Positions 50,635-61,833 of a DNA stretch of 64,000 nucleotides are shown here, piece after piece. A model generated the notes under the pieces. The model saw only the letters and a list, made by a program, of their open reading frames with translations, was not told the DNA's origin and searched no databases. The stretch is from NCBI GenBank assembly GCA_964270895.1, contig OZ185443.1; one strand, written 5' to 3'. The stretch's first letter is position 1. Each line of letters begins with the position of its first letter. A program made the position numbers and the translations under genes. The stretch comes from Podarcis filfolensis. Its lineage: Eukaryota.

Positions 50635-51005
50635 GATGCTTTTGAATTATGGTGCTGGAGGAGACTCTTGAGAGTCCTGTGGACTGCAAGGAGATCAAAC
50701 CTCTCCATTCTGAAGGAAATCAGCCATGAGTGCTCACTGGAAGGACAGATCCTGAAGCTCAGGCTCCAATACTTTGGCCACCTCATGAGAAGAGAAGACT
50801 CCCTGGAAAAGACCCTGATGTTGGGAAAGATGGAGGGCACAAGGAGAAGGGGATGACAGAGGACGAGATGGTTGGACAGTGTTCTCGAAGCGACCAGCAT
50901 GAGTTTGACCAAGCTGCGGGAGGCAGTGGAAGACAGGAGTGCCTGGCGTGCTCTGGTCCATGGGGTCACGAAGAGTCAGACATGACTAAATGACTAAACA
51001 ACAAC
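50635..51005 (+). mobile_element. Bov-B (RTE) LINE 3' fragment
   Basis: Encodes IDAFELWCWRRLLRVLWTARRSN.SILKEI...LRLQYFGHLMRREDSLEKTLMLGK. Ends gagtcagacatgactaaatgactaaac(aac)n. TSD aatgtattggatt at 50622 and 51006. Confidence 0.92.
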
Positions 51006-52480
51006 AATGTATTGGATTATCTGTGGAAGGGTAACTCTGGATTAGAAGGGGCAGGGAGAAATGGGGTTGGCATTTTGATGCCAGTGATGCCGTGTGGATG
51101 CTGCAAAGAACTTGGATGCGCAAGGAGCACCCATTGCAGAGTAAACATCCACTCTTAGCCTTCAGTTCAAGCCCGCTATAGGTTCAGTTTAGGCTTTTAA
51201 GTCCAGTTTAAGGGGAAAGCTCTTCGTATGTTCTTATCAGACAAACAGCTGTTTCCTTCGCCCTAGGCGCTCTGAGATTTCTAGCTCTGAGAGGGCGAGT
51301 GTAGCAGTTTCTAACAGAGAATCCTCACAAAATAAAATTCCCAGGATTTTTTGGGGTAGAAACTATAACAGTTAATCTGGAATGATACTCTTGTATTGTA
51401 GTAATATACACTTTTAGCTGGGATAGATTGGAGGGAAATGCTTTTGTCTATAAAGGTATTCAAGCAAGGGAAATCCCAGTGCTTTTGATATTCCTTAATT
51501 GCCCTGGTCTGCTTGCCATCCTAGTTCCTTCACCATGTCAGAGTTGCCTGCTTTGCTTGTATGTATAAATTGCAACACACTTGTCTTAATTCAAAATGCT
51601 CCCCCCATCTTTCATTATCTGTATTATGTTATTACTGCAAACATGCACCCAGAGGTGCATGGTATATTTGGACACTGGGTGAATTTCATAAAATCCCAAT
51701 CGATGCATATTGAGTCAATATTTCTTGGGGTATGTGTGTGTGTGTGCAAGGTTTTGACTTTCACAGATCTCTTCTTCAGAGCAGCCTTTTCACCACCGAC
51801 TGGTATTGTCTGCTTTAAGTGGGAATGGAAGGAAAGAAGTAACAGCGGATAGAAAGATAAGGAGCTAACCCTGTTAGCATTTTTAAGCTGTTGGCAAAAT
51901 GTCTTAAGAGAACACATCACAGCAACTAACAGAGGCAGGACTTGATGAAGTTGGACGTATCGGGAGTGGTGAATTAATCTGTGAATTACTAGCATAAAGA
52001 TTTTAGCTGAAGCTTTTTGAGTGGATAGGGTCACTCCGGGACAATGTGGAGGAGGAGGAAAAAGGGGTGAGATACTATTTGGACCCAGGTAGGTGATGGT
52101 AGATGTTGGTGATGGAAGAGGACCCAGAAGACAAAAAGCCAAATTCAGGGAGAGAAAATAAAGTGAGTGCATTCTTTGGAAAGTACAAAACACTCGACAG
52201 CTGGAGATTATTCAATAAAGCCTAGCATCTTCTGTTAACAATACCTACCTGCATGTTGATGGCAGTTTCTCAGCTCTGCTGTTGTTGCTTTATCTTTTAG
52301 TACCAGATTGCCTTTATACTGTCAGTTTACAAATATAAACAGCAACAACAATAATATTCTTTGGGATGGAATCGAGCGCATACTGGAAATTTAGGTTTGT
52401 GTAATTAAAGTGGATTGCAGGCAATGACCATTTTAGGCATTTAGGTGTGGGATTTTAGGGACCCTGTAAACATCTGGGTA

Positions 52481-52810
52481 GGGATGCGGGTGGCGCTGTG
52501 GGTTAAACCACAGAGCCTAGGACTTGCCGATCAGAAGGTTGGTGGTTTGAATCCCCGTGACAGGGTGAGCTCCTGCCAACCTAGCAGTTGAAAGCACGTC
52601 AAAGTGCAAGTAGATAAATAGGTACTGCTCCGGCAGGAAGGTAAACGGCGTTTCCGTGCGCTGCTCTGGTTCACCAGAAGCGGCTTAGTCATGCTGGCCA
52701 CATGACCCGAAAGCTGTACGCCGGCTCCCTCGGCCAATAAAGCGAGATGAGCGCCACAACCCCAGAGTCGGTCACGACTGGACCTAATAGTCAGGGGTCC
52801 CTTGACTTTT
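52481..52810 (+). mobile_element. Sauria SINE
   Basis: Imperfect TSD taaacatctgggta / taaacattcgggta. Small internal deletion. Confidence 0.9.
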
Positions 52811-53534
52811 TAAACATTCGGGTATGTGGACCACAAGATTGCATAATTGGACACAGTGTTTTTGTGCTGCCAGGTAGTCTGTGAAATCTTCCAGGGGAGA
52901 AACTTGGTACGAGTGGTAAGAGATGGAAGCATCGCAATATCTCCAGTATGTGCTCAGTTTGCGTGGGCTTTCCGAAGCAAATGTGGTTTCGTGATTTATT
53001 CTCAAGGGATCTGCAGAACATCACGTGTGTTGTGTTGGCTAGAACACTAAGGACAAGATGAATAATTGCAGCTGGAATATCCTTCCAGCTGCACTTTTCA
53101 AAGAAGAAAGAATAAGAAGTGGAAACTTCTCTGCCCTTCACTGGAGCATCTAGGATCAATTCGTCACCTTAAGCTACTCTGAAATTTAGACCTTTTTCTC
53201 ATGCAGTTTCCACCAGCGGTTTCCACCAGCAATCTATCAAGGTGATGGTAGGGACGTATTTCATTCCACAAACATTTTTGCCTCCTTCCCCAGTTCTGCA
53301 TTTACCTCCAAATGGAAATGCAGCTCGGGCACTTCTGCGTAATACTGCACACGTAAATGGGACACTCTTCTTGTTGTTGTGGCTGTTATGGTGTGCTGCC
53401 ATTATTAAATTGCAGTGACATATGGGTAAAAGGCAATTTGTAAATTAATAATAAACAGTATATCTGAACTGTCCAGTAGATACAATTGCATATATTACAA
53501 ACTTACGTGTTGGTGTTAACTGGAGGAATTGAGG

Positions 53535-54190
53535 GTGGGATCCTGCTTGTGGAATGATCCCCCTAGGGAGGTTCGTTTGGCACCTTCATGATAAATCTTT
53601 AGGCGCCAGGCGAAAACGTTCCTCTTCAGCCAGACCTTTGGCTGATTAATATTCTACAGCCTTTTACATCTGTCTATGGGAAAGGGAGGGACGCGGGTGG
53701 CGCTGTGGGTTAAACCACTGAGCCTAGGACTTGACAATCAGAACGTCGGTGGTTCAAATCCCCGCGACAGGGTGAGCTCCCGTTGCTCGGTCCCTGCTCA
53801 TGCCAACCTAGCAGTTCGAAAGCACGTCAAAGTACAAGTAGATAAATAGGCACCGCTCCGGCGGGAAGGTAAACAGTGTTTCCGTGCGCTGCTTTGGTTT
53901 GCCAGAAGCGGCTTAGTCATGCTGGCCACATGACCTGGAAGCTGTATGCCGGCTCCCTTGGCCAATAAAGCGAGATGAGCGCCGCAACCCCAGAGTCGTC
54001 CGCGACTGGACCTAATGGTCAGGGGTCCCTTTACCTTTACCTATGGGAAAGGGAGAAGGATTATTGTTTTGTTGTTTTGTTTTAACTATTTCCTTGTTTC
54101 TGTCCTGCATTTTCTTCTGTGAACCGCCCTGAGATCTTATGATGAAGGGTGATATAGAAATCCACTAAATAAAAATAAATAATTAAAAAT
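53535..54190 (+). mobile_element. L2 3' end interrupted by a Sauria SINE
   Basis: tgtggaatga.cccctagggaggttcg...aggcgaaaacgttcctcttc...tgtgaaccgccctgagatc...(taaa)n. Confidence 0.72.
53688..54040 (+). mobile_element. Sauria SINE inserted into an L2 3' end
   Basis: Perfect 14-bp TSD ctatgggaaaggga at 53674 and 54041. Confidence 0.94.
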
Positions 54191-54329
54191 CTTGTTTTGT
54201 GAGTTGTACCTGGGAATTATTGTTAATTATCACTGTTTGTACTTTTCTGCATTTCATCAGATCTCACTGTTTGCAGTCCACCTCCTCCCCACCCAGCCAT
54301 GCACATATATGTCCGTAGGTATGCATATA

Positions 54330-54420
54330 CCGTGTTTTTTCCATGTATAAGATGACCCTCAATTTTTGACTAAAAATATTTTGGGGGAAAAGCATTATCT
54401 CATACACGGAAAAAATGTGG
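54330..54420. mobile_element. Short Tc1/mariner MITE
   Basis: ta|ccgtgttttttccatgtat...atacacggaaaaaatgtgg|ta. Confidence 0.65.
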
Positions 54421-54459
54421 TAAATCTATATACCTGACGACTGAAGATTGTATTCCATG

Positions 54460-54540
54460 CATCTGATGAAGTGGCCTGCAGCCCACAGAAGTTTCTGCCA
54501 CAATTAAACTTGTTTGCCTTAAACCACAAGAGCCTTTTCG
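54460..54540 (+). mobile_element. Possible Penelope-like element terminal fragment
   Basis: catctgatgaagtggcctgcagcccacagaagtttctgccacaattaaacttgtttgcct resembles recalled reptilian Penelope ends. Confidence 0.45.
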
Positions 54541-54580
54541 TTCTGACGAGACGCCTGTGTCTCTTCTCTCTCCCACGCAG

Positions 54581-54738
54581 CTGAAGAACAAGTTCATGAA
54601 GAAGTTACCTCGAGATGCTGAGGCCTCCAACGTCCTGGTGGGAGAAGTCGACTTCCTGGAAGCCCCTTTCATTGCCTTCGTTCGGCTGCAGCAAGCAGTT
54701 ATGCTCGGTGCTCTTACAGAAGTCCCTGTACCTACCCG
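54581..54738 (+). CDS. SLC4A4: SLC4A4 exon (158 nt), [53 protein letters not shown]
   Basis: Acceptor ctctctcccacgcag|, donor CG|gtaaag. Confidence 0.97.
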
Positions 54739-54771
54739 GTAAAGGAGCCTTTTCTTTTTCTTTTTAATATA

Positions 54772-55031
54772 TAGTCATACCTCATGTTACGTTTGCTTCA
54801 GGTTATGCGTTTTCAGGTTGCGTCCCGTGGCGATCCGGAAGTACCGTAAAGAGTTACTTCCAGGTTTTGCCATTTGCGCATCCGCAGACGCGCAAAATGA
54901 TGTCATGCGCATGCACAGAAGTGGTGAATCATGACCCACGCGTGCACAGATGCGCAGACGCAGGTTGTGTTCTTTTCAGGTTGCGAACGGGACTCCGGAA
55001 CGGATCGCGTTCGCAACCAGAGGTACCACTG
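54772..55031. mobile_element. Tc1/pogo MITE 33 nt downstream of an SLC4A4 donor
   Basis: Left tagtcatacctcatgtt, right aaccagaggtaccactg|ta. CpG-rich interior. Confidence 0.8.
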
Positions 55032-55340
55032 TATTTTTTTTAAATTTTACATAACACATTTCAATTTAAACATATCATTCACCTTCACATTTTAGATTCT
55101 CGGAATCCCTTGACCTCCCCCCGCCCTTCTCTGGTTTTCATTGTCAATCCCTTTTTCTTCCAGCTTATCCCTCCCAATTCATTATAAATATTATTAACTT
55201 TTCCATCGTGTTTTGTAGTTTACAAGTATTACTCTAATCCTGCCAAAGTTTTTAGTTGTTTACATTGGTCTTGCCCCCATGAAGCAGTTGCTGAGACTGA
55301 AGTCCCCACCTCCCCACAGCTCCCAGTTAAGGATACTTTT

Positions 55341-55582
55341 GGTATTGTGGTTAAGAGCAGTGGACTCGTAATCTGGTGAACCGGGTTCGCGTCTCCACTC
55401 CTCCACATGCAGCTGCTGGGTGACCTTGGGCTAGTCATACTTTTCTGAAGTCTCTCAGCCCCACTCACCTCACAGAGCGTTTGTTGTGGTGGAGGAAGGG
55501 AAAGGAGAATGTTAGCTGCTTTAAGACTCCTTCGGATAGTGATAAAGCAGGATATCAAATCCAAACTCCTCCTCTTCTTCTT
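55341..55582 (+). mobile_element. CORE-type (CTT)n SINE
   Basis: Same family, slightly 5'-clipped. Confidence 0.85.
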
Positions 55583-56192
55583 CCCTCCCACCCCCTCCGT
55601 TCCTATTCTTGATCCTGTTTTCTATTATTAAAAGGCAACTACGCGGCATGCCAAACTAAAACAGGGTCATGCCGGAATGTCTGATAGACATGACACAAAA
55701 TGGAAGAATGAAAAGGAAGAGGAAATAAGCAAAATTCAGTTACATTAAAGTTCTGTAATTACCCGATGGGATGACCAACTATTAGAATCGGCCTCTTCAT
55801 CTTAAGCAGGGATTTGGTCCCAACCAAATTAAGCAGGTTGTTGGAGAAGCGCTTTTCCTGCATTGCAGAGGGTTTGAACACATGGCCTTGTGGGTTCCTT
55901 CCAGTCCTACAATTCCATGATTCATAGCCTTCCAGTTTCCTTGGATCGCTGCCAGACGTTAAGTTTTTTTTTAATAAAGTTTTTCTGACGTTAATGATAT
56001 AACAAGTTCTGCTATATCTTCTTGTTGTTGATTAATGTCCAACTGATACAAATTTTATGAATCTCCATGTGCCACTGCTTTTATCTAATCTGGTGGTACA
56101 TATTTTACTGAATATATACTGTGTTGGTTTTTTTAAAAAAGTGAATCATGACAACATTTGTTTGTTCTTTCTTTTTCCTCCTTGGGGGTCAG

Positions 56193-56280
56193 GTTCCTCT
56201 TCATTTTGCTGGGTCCCAAAGGCAAAGCTAAATCGTACCATGAGATTGGCCGAGCCATCGCTACCTTGATGTCTGATGAG
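56193..56280 (+). CDS. SLC4A4: SLC4A4 exon (88 nt), [29 protein letters not shown]
   Basis: Acceptor ggtcag|, donor GAG|gtaatc. Retains the HEIGRAI Arg (human NBCe1-A R298). Confidence 0.97.
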
Positions 56281-57251
56281 GTAATCTCCCTTCTGTGTTG
56301 CTGAGTGCAGTTCGCTTAGCATTAACCGATATTTGCATTATTGTTGTTATTATTATATATTTACCACCCTTCATCACAATCTCTCAGGGTGGTTCACAAG
56401 ATAAAAGCTTTCGCTTTTCTAGCCACAGCCTCAAAAGAGCCAATCTTGCAATACTTCCAGGAAATGTTCAGGGCAGTCTTCTGCGAATTTCCAGGAATGG
56501 GAGATTTTGAAGGCTGTTCCATGTATTACATTGGATAAATTGTTCTGTTGCCACCAAGTAATAGGAAACAGCAACCGATCTTGACTGTCTAGAATCAGAA
56601 CTTCCCGGGACGGTGGCAGTCCTGTATCTTTGAACACAGGTTTCCACCAAACATCAGTAAAATGGCAGGATGGAGGTAACTTCTAGGCAACAGGTGGCCA
56701 ATGAGTAATTTCCTTGCCTATCACTCCTCTTTCAGCTCCTCACACCCACTTTATTTCCAGTTAGGTTCAGAGCAGTGATGTGGGGAGCAAACTTTTCCAG
56801 TGCTTTATTTTTCCATGGAAAATTCTCTGTCCCATAATTTCATTAGTAGCAATGAACAGGTGAAAAGGACCAACTTCAAATGCAGTATTAGCTGAGCTTG
56901 GTTGTTCAAGTGTTTGCTAAATACAGGTAAATTAACCGTCCTAAATTAGATCACTCTCCAGGGCATCAGGTAATCACCCAACGTGAACTGAAATTTTTGC
57001 AATCCCAATTAAACTAATTTGCACAGGAACATATTCCAATGCAAAACAATTTCCAGGAAAGCTGCATCGCTGGTTCAGAGACCAGAAATAAACCCAGCTG
57101 CAGGGGCAGCAGGAGTAGCCTGGGAAACTGTTGCACTGAAAAGTTGTGGGTGCAGGAAAAGTTAAGCACCCCTCTGCTGCTTCCTCCTTTGCTGAAAATA
57201 TATTGGCAGCTTTTCCCCCATTAAGCAAAAGCTCTGCAAAATAAAAGGTAA

Positions 57252-57742
57252 TGTGGCGTTTGCCCTCCTAGGTGTGTGACATCATACTGGGTTCATAAGG
57301 AAAGGGTTAACTAATTGTAAAATGACAAACCAATGGGAACCCAAGGGAAGGAGTTAGAGTTAGGGTGGTTGAGAAGTCAGTCTGGATTTAGAAGAGACAG
57401 AGAGGATAAGTCTGTGGGTTGGGCTAGTCTGATGTGAGAGAGTGAGAGAATCTGTTGAGAGGAGTTAGTCAAACCATTGATATAATCAGTCAGAAGGTAT
57501 TAGGAAGGTATAGGCCGGTAAAGAAACTAAAGTTAAGAAACTGACAGGAATATTATCTGAGAAACCATAAACTTGTTAATGCTTATAAAATAAACTTGTT
57601 TATTTGGTTCAATTTTAACAACTGTCTGGACTCAGTGTTTTACCCGAGAGTAACGGGTTGGTGGCAGCAGGGAAGCGAGCACAGTGGTGGCACAGGGATC
57701 AATAGACCGTTAAACGTCCGGGGACCCTGTGTGATCGCCACA
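57252..57742 (+). mobile_element. Solo LTR (491 bp)
   Basis: Termini TGTGGCG...CGCCACA (7-bp inverted), perfect 5-bp TSD ggtaa at 57247 and 57743, AATAAA at 57589. Confidence 0.85.
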
Positions 57743-58029
57743 GGTAATCTGTCAGTTTGGCTAGTGGCAATTTGACTAGTGCTACATAACAGGGAGGAAC
57801 CATAGCTCAGTGGGTAGTGGATGTGCTGTGGACTTTGAGGACTGCAGATCTAAAACGATCAGGTAACAGCTTATTGGAAAGACCACAGCCTGGAGAGTTG
57901 CTGCGAGGCAGAAGAGAAGAGTGTCAGGCTAGATGGACAAAGAGGATGACCTCATAAATGAGGCGTCTTTCTGTGCACCTGTAGAAGGATTTGCTAGATG
58001 GCAATCTTCCCATTCCTTCCTATGTGCAG

Positions 58030-58184
58030 GTGTTCCACGACATTGCCTACAAAGCCAAAGACAGACAGGACCTGATTGCTGGGATCGATGAGTTCCTGGA
58101 TGAAGTCATTGTGCTCCCCCCGGGGGAGTGGGACCCTGCCATCAGGATAGAGCCCCCCAAGTCCCTCCCGTCTTCAGACAAAAG
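58030..58184 (+). CDS. SLC4A4: SLC4A4 exon (155 nt), [52 protein letters not shown]
   Basis: Acceptor tatgtgcag|, donor AG|gtaaga. Contains the SLC4 motif [19 protein letters not shown]. Confidence 0.97.
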
Positions 58185-58738
58185 GTAAGAGAGGTGCATA
58201 TGCCGCAATAAGGCATGCCAACTTTTTCAACTTTCACATTCCAAAATCGAGGCATGCCAAAAAAGGTTGTATCAGGACTTGGGATATTTTGGTTAAATTA
58301 ACAGAATTTGGTTTTGCTTGCTAAGTAAAATGTGTGTAAAATTGCATAGGAATCATTAAAAATGATGACCAAGTACTTGCAGTTATACGTACTTATTTGT
58401 TTAGTATGACCCGGCATTTTCATTAGGTAAAATTAAAATTCTTTGGTTTTCCGAAAGCAATTTATGCGCTTCTTCGTCAAACCTAGACTTGCCAAGCTAA
58501 ATGTTGTCCAGTCACAAAAGTAATAGCATATTTGAATTCCTCACCCCCTCAAAAAAAAAAAAAAAAAAAGGTAAGACCCCGTCACTGGATATGGTTGCAG
58601 TAATTAAAGTTTCACCGCCTAAAATGGCACGCCTTAATGCCACGTGCCTCGCCGCAGTTGCAGCATCCAAAGTCACAGGCCAAAGATCCTGGATATATGG
58701 AAGCCCAGATGAATTCTCATTTCTTTCTTTCTGCTCAG

Positions 58739-58852
58739 GAAAAACATGTATTCGGGTGGTGAGAATCTGCAGATGAATGGGGACACTCCACACGACGGGG
58801 GAAATGGAGGTGGAGGGCACGGGGACTGCGAGGAGTTGCAACGAACTGGCAG
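58739..58852 (+). CDS. SLC4A4: SLC4A4 exon (114 nt), [38 protein letters not shown]
   Basis: Acceptor ttctttctttctgctcag|, donor AG|gtaagt. Confidence 0.97.
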
Positions 58853-58974
58853 GTAAGTGACAAAAGTCTGTGCGCTGATACGGGGCATCTCGCTCGATTG
58901 CATTGGCACACAGGCTTCTCGGTTCCAGATTCTCCTTTTGTGCCTTGACTCATGTAATTGTGGCGCATGGTTCT

Positions 58975-59209
58975 CCAATGTGGTTAAGAGCGGTAGACTC
59001 ATAATCTGGTGAACCGGGTTTGCTTCCCTGCTCCTCCACATGCAGCTGCTGGGTGACCTTGGGCTGGTCACACTTCTCTGAAGTCTCTCAGTCCTACTCA
59101 CCTCACAGAGTGTTTGTTGCGGGGAGGAAAGGAAAGGAGAATGTTAGCTGCTTTGAGACTCCTTCAGGTAGTGATAAAGCGGGATATCAAATCCAAACTC
59201 TTCTTCTTC
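58975..59209 (+). mobile_element. CORE-type (CTT)n SINE abutting the SLC4A4 acceptor
   Basis: Same family. The tail ends 10 nt before the end of the intron (AG at 59218-59219). Confidence 0.87.
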
Positions 59210-59219
59210 CCCTTGCTAG

Positions 59220-59394
59220 ATTCTGTGGCGGTTTAATCAAAGACATCAAGAGGAAAGCCCCTTTCTTTGCCAGCGACTTCTATGATGCATTCAACATCCA
59301 AGCCCTGTCTGCCATTCTCTTCATCTATCTGGCTACTGTAACCAACGCCATCACTTTTGGGGGGCTGCTGGGAGATGCTACGGACAACATGCAG
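59220..59394 (+). CDS. SLC4A4: SLC4A4 exon (175 nt), [58 protein letters not shown] (contains TM1)
   Basis: Acceptor cccttgctag|, donor CAG|gtgagc. Contains the TM1 motif ITFGGLLG. The next exon (GVLESFLG...) was not found before 64000. Confidence 0.97.
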
Positions 59395-59602
59395 GTGAGC
59401 CATGGCTCAGAGCAAGACAGTTCAGACTTCTTCAACTGCAGTACTCTGGGCTTGGTCAAAAACAGGTTTTTTTCTTTTTTTACGACCGCTTGAAACAGCA
59501 CAGCCTTACGACCTGCTGTGCAAAGAAAAACAAGTTTGAGATGCAAGAGTTATTGCTCCAGCGTCCTGTTGTGAGTCGTAGTGTTGCACTGGTCCAGTGA
59601 CA

Positions 59603-59980
59603 GGGAAGCGGGTGGCGCTGTGGTCTAAACCACTGAGCCCCTTGGGCTTGCCGATTGGAAGGTCGGCGGGTTGAATCCCCACAACAGAGTGAGCTCCCAT
59701 TGCTCTGTCCCAGCTCCTGCCAAGCTAGCAGTTCAAAAGCACGCCACTGCAAGTAGATAAATCGGTACCGCTGTGGCAGGAAGGGAAACAGTGTTTCCAT
59801 GCACGCTGGTTTCTGTCACGGTGTCCCGTTGCACCAGAAGCAGTTTAGTCATGCTGGCCACATGGCCCGGAAAGCTGTCTGTGGATAAACGCCAGCTCCC
59901 TCGGCCTGAAAGTGAGATGAGCGCCACAACCCCATAGTCACCTTTGACTGGACTTAACTGTCCAAGGGTCCTTTACCTTT
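59603..59980 (+). mobile_element. Sauria SINE, second subfamily
   Basis: TSD actggtccagtga at 59588 and 59987. Shares aaagctgtctgtggataaacg and gacttaactgtc with the 4451 copy. Confidence 0.9.
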
Positions 59981-61685
59981 TTTTAAACTGGTCCAGTGAG
60001 ACACTTGGGGTGTTGCACCTGTGCAGCAGTTTCAGGTGGTGCAAGATTACCTCTGCTGCATTGGCTGCAACTTTAAAAACCTTGCATGCATCAGATATTG
60101 GAGGAAAGTGGGCAGGGCACCAGGGCAAAAATGCTATAAGCAATCTTGTATATGCCAGCGAGATCAGTAACGTCACAATTTGCAAGAGCAAAACAGAAGT
60201 ATTCACTCAAACAAGCACTAAGAATGATAGCCCAGATTGGCCACAATACTCTAACTAGGTTAAACAGCACCAGGCAGTGATCAATGAGTGCTAAATCTTT
60301 AAAGAGAGTGCTGTCATGATAGTATTGGGAAGGTGCGTTCCCTGATCAGGAAAGCTTCCTAATCAATAACAAACATGGCGGGGCTGCATTGCTCACTTGG
60401 CGCAGGTTGCGTCACTGCTGGGTATTGGGATAGATAGGGGCAAGGTGGCGGTGAAGTCAGTGCAGTGCAAATGCGCTGGCAGAGAAAGTCTAGTGCTCTC
60501 CATTCTGGTGTTTGTCAACAGTGTAGAGGGAAGTCAGGTGAGTAGGACAGTTCTGCCATGCTATCCACTACTTCCCCATATCCTATGCATGCCGTGTGCT
60601 ATTGTGGTTGTATAATCAGGGGCACAGAATGCACTCTGCACATGCTCTTGACCCATCACTTCACTTTACAAATCTGCCATGTGTTTTAGGACTGAACCTT
60701 GATATTTGGAAGTTGTTCTGGGTCTATGTCACAGCACTCCTGTATTGAGCCCTGTCATATTCTTGGCTCCCAATGTTCCCACCAGAAGGGAACAAAGGAG
60801 GCTATCCATGGAAAGTGATTTGCCTTTGAAAAAAAGAAGCTTCCTGCTGGCGTGCATGGAGTGGAAAAAAAGAAACCTTTTCAGTTCCACGTTGAGTCTG
60901 CTGCAAATCTAAACAAAATTCATCTGCTTACATGAAACTCCAGGAGATGGGGAAATAAATCAGTGTCAAGTACTGTGAATGCCTCCTTCGCCTCCCTATC
61001 ACTGGCCAAATATTTGTTCTCAAAATGAAGGAAGTTAGCTTAACAAAGAACTCTCTGGTTTCTTTACCTCGAACAAAGCTTCCTGGTCTGTGAGGCTTTG
61101 CTACTAGCCTTCAATTTTTATAGCACATTCCCTTTTTACATTTGGCTTAGTTTCAGCTGGATCTTGTGTTGTGTTGTGTTTGTGTGTGTGTGTGTATGTA
61201 TGTATGTACACTAGAGTGGTTCCCCAACCCCCGGGCCCCCTCCAATCTTTGCGTTCAGTGGAAATATTAAATTCCTTGACATTTAAATGAATTATGCAGA
61301 GCAAATCACCCTGCATGTCAATCCTGAGTGTACCTTCAGAAGTCATAGTCAGGCAGGATTGAAATTAATTCTTGGCCAAGGCTAGAAAGTGAACTACTTG
61401 GTCCTTTGCCCTGGGCTCAGAGAAGTGCATTTGGGAAGAACATGGAAAGACACAGTAACTAAGGAGATAATGACTAGTGCTAAACAGTGATCTATCTTCT
61501 TCCTACTTTTGTTGTTGCTGTTGTGTGTGTGTGTGCATATGTGGCAGGGAGGGGCGGAGTTTTATTAATGCTGCTGTTTTTCCTGGGATCCAGCAAAAAG
61601 CTGATTCAGTTAGCGGCTCATTCAGCCCCAGAACCATGGGGAATAATTAATCTTGAAAAAGTCTAAAGCCTGTTGCCCTCTAGAT

Positions 61686-61833
61686 CAGCCTTTCTCAACC
61701 TGTGGGTCCCCAGATGTCCCCAGATGTTGTTGAACTACAACTCCCATCACCCCTAGCTAGCAAGGCCAGAGCTTAGGGATGATGGGAGTTGTAGTCCAAC
61801 GACATCTGGGGACCCACAGGTTGAGAACCACTG
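61686..61833. mobile_element. hAT/Charlie-like palindromic MITE nested in an older related MITE (61669-61945)
   Basis: TSD ctctagat / ttctagat. The flanks rejoin as cctgttgccctctagatgattgttggactcc. Confidence 0.87.

Noticed and set aside
51624-52193. 189-aa minus-strand ORF
   Set aside because: No recognisable domain, it crosses a (CA)n microsatellite (HTHTHT), and it has no splice or start context. Likely chance.
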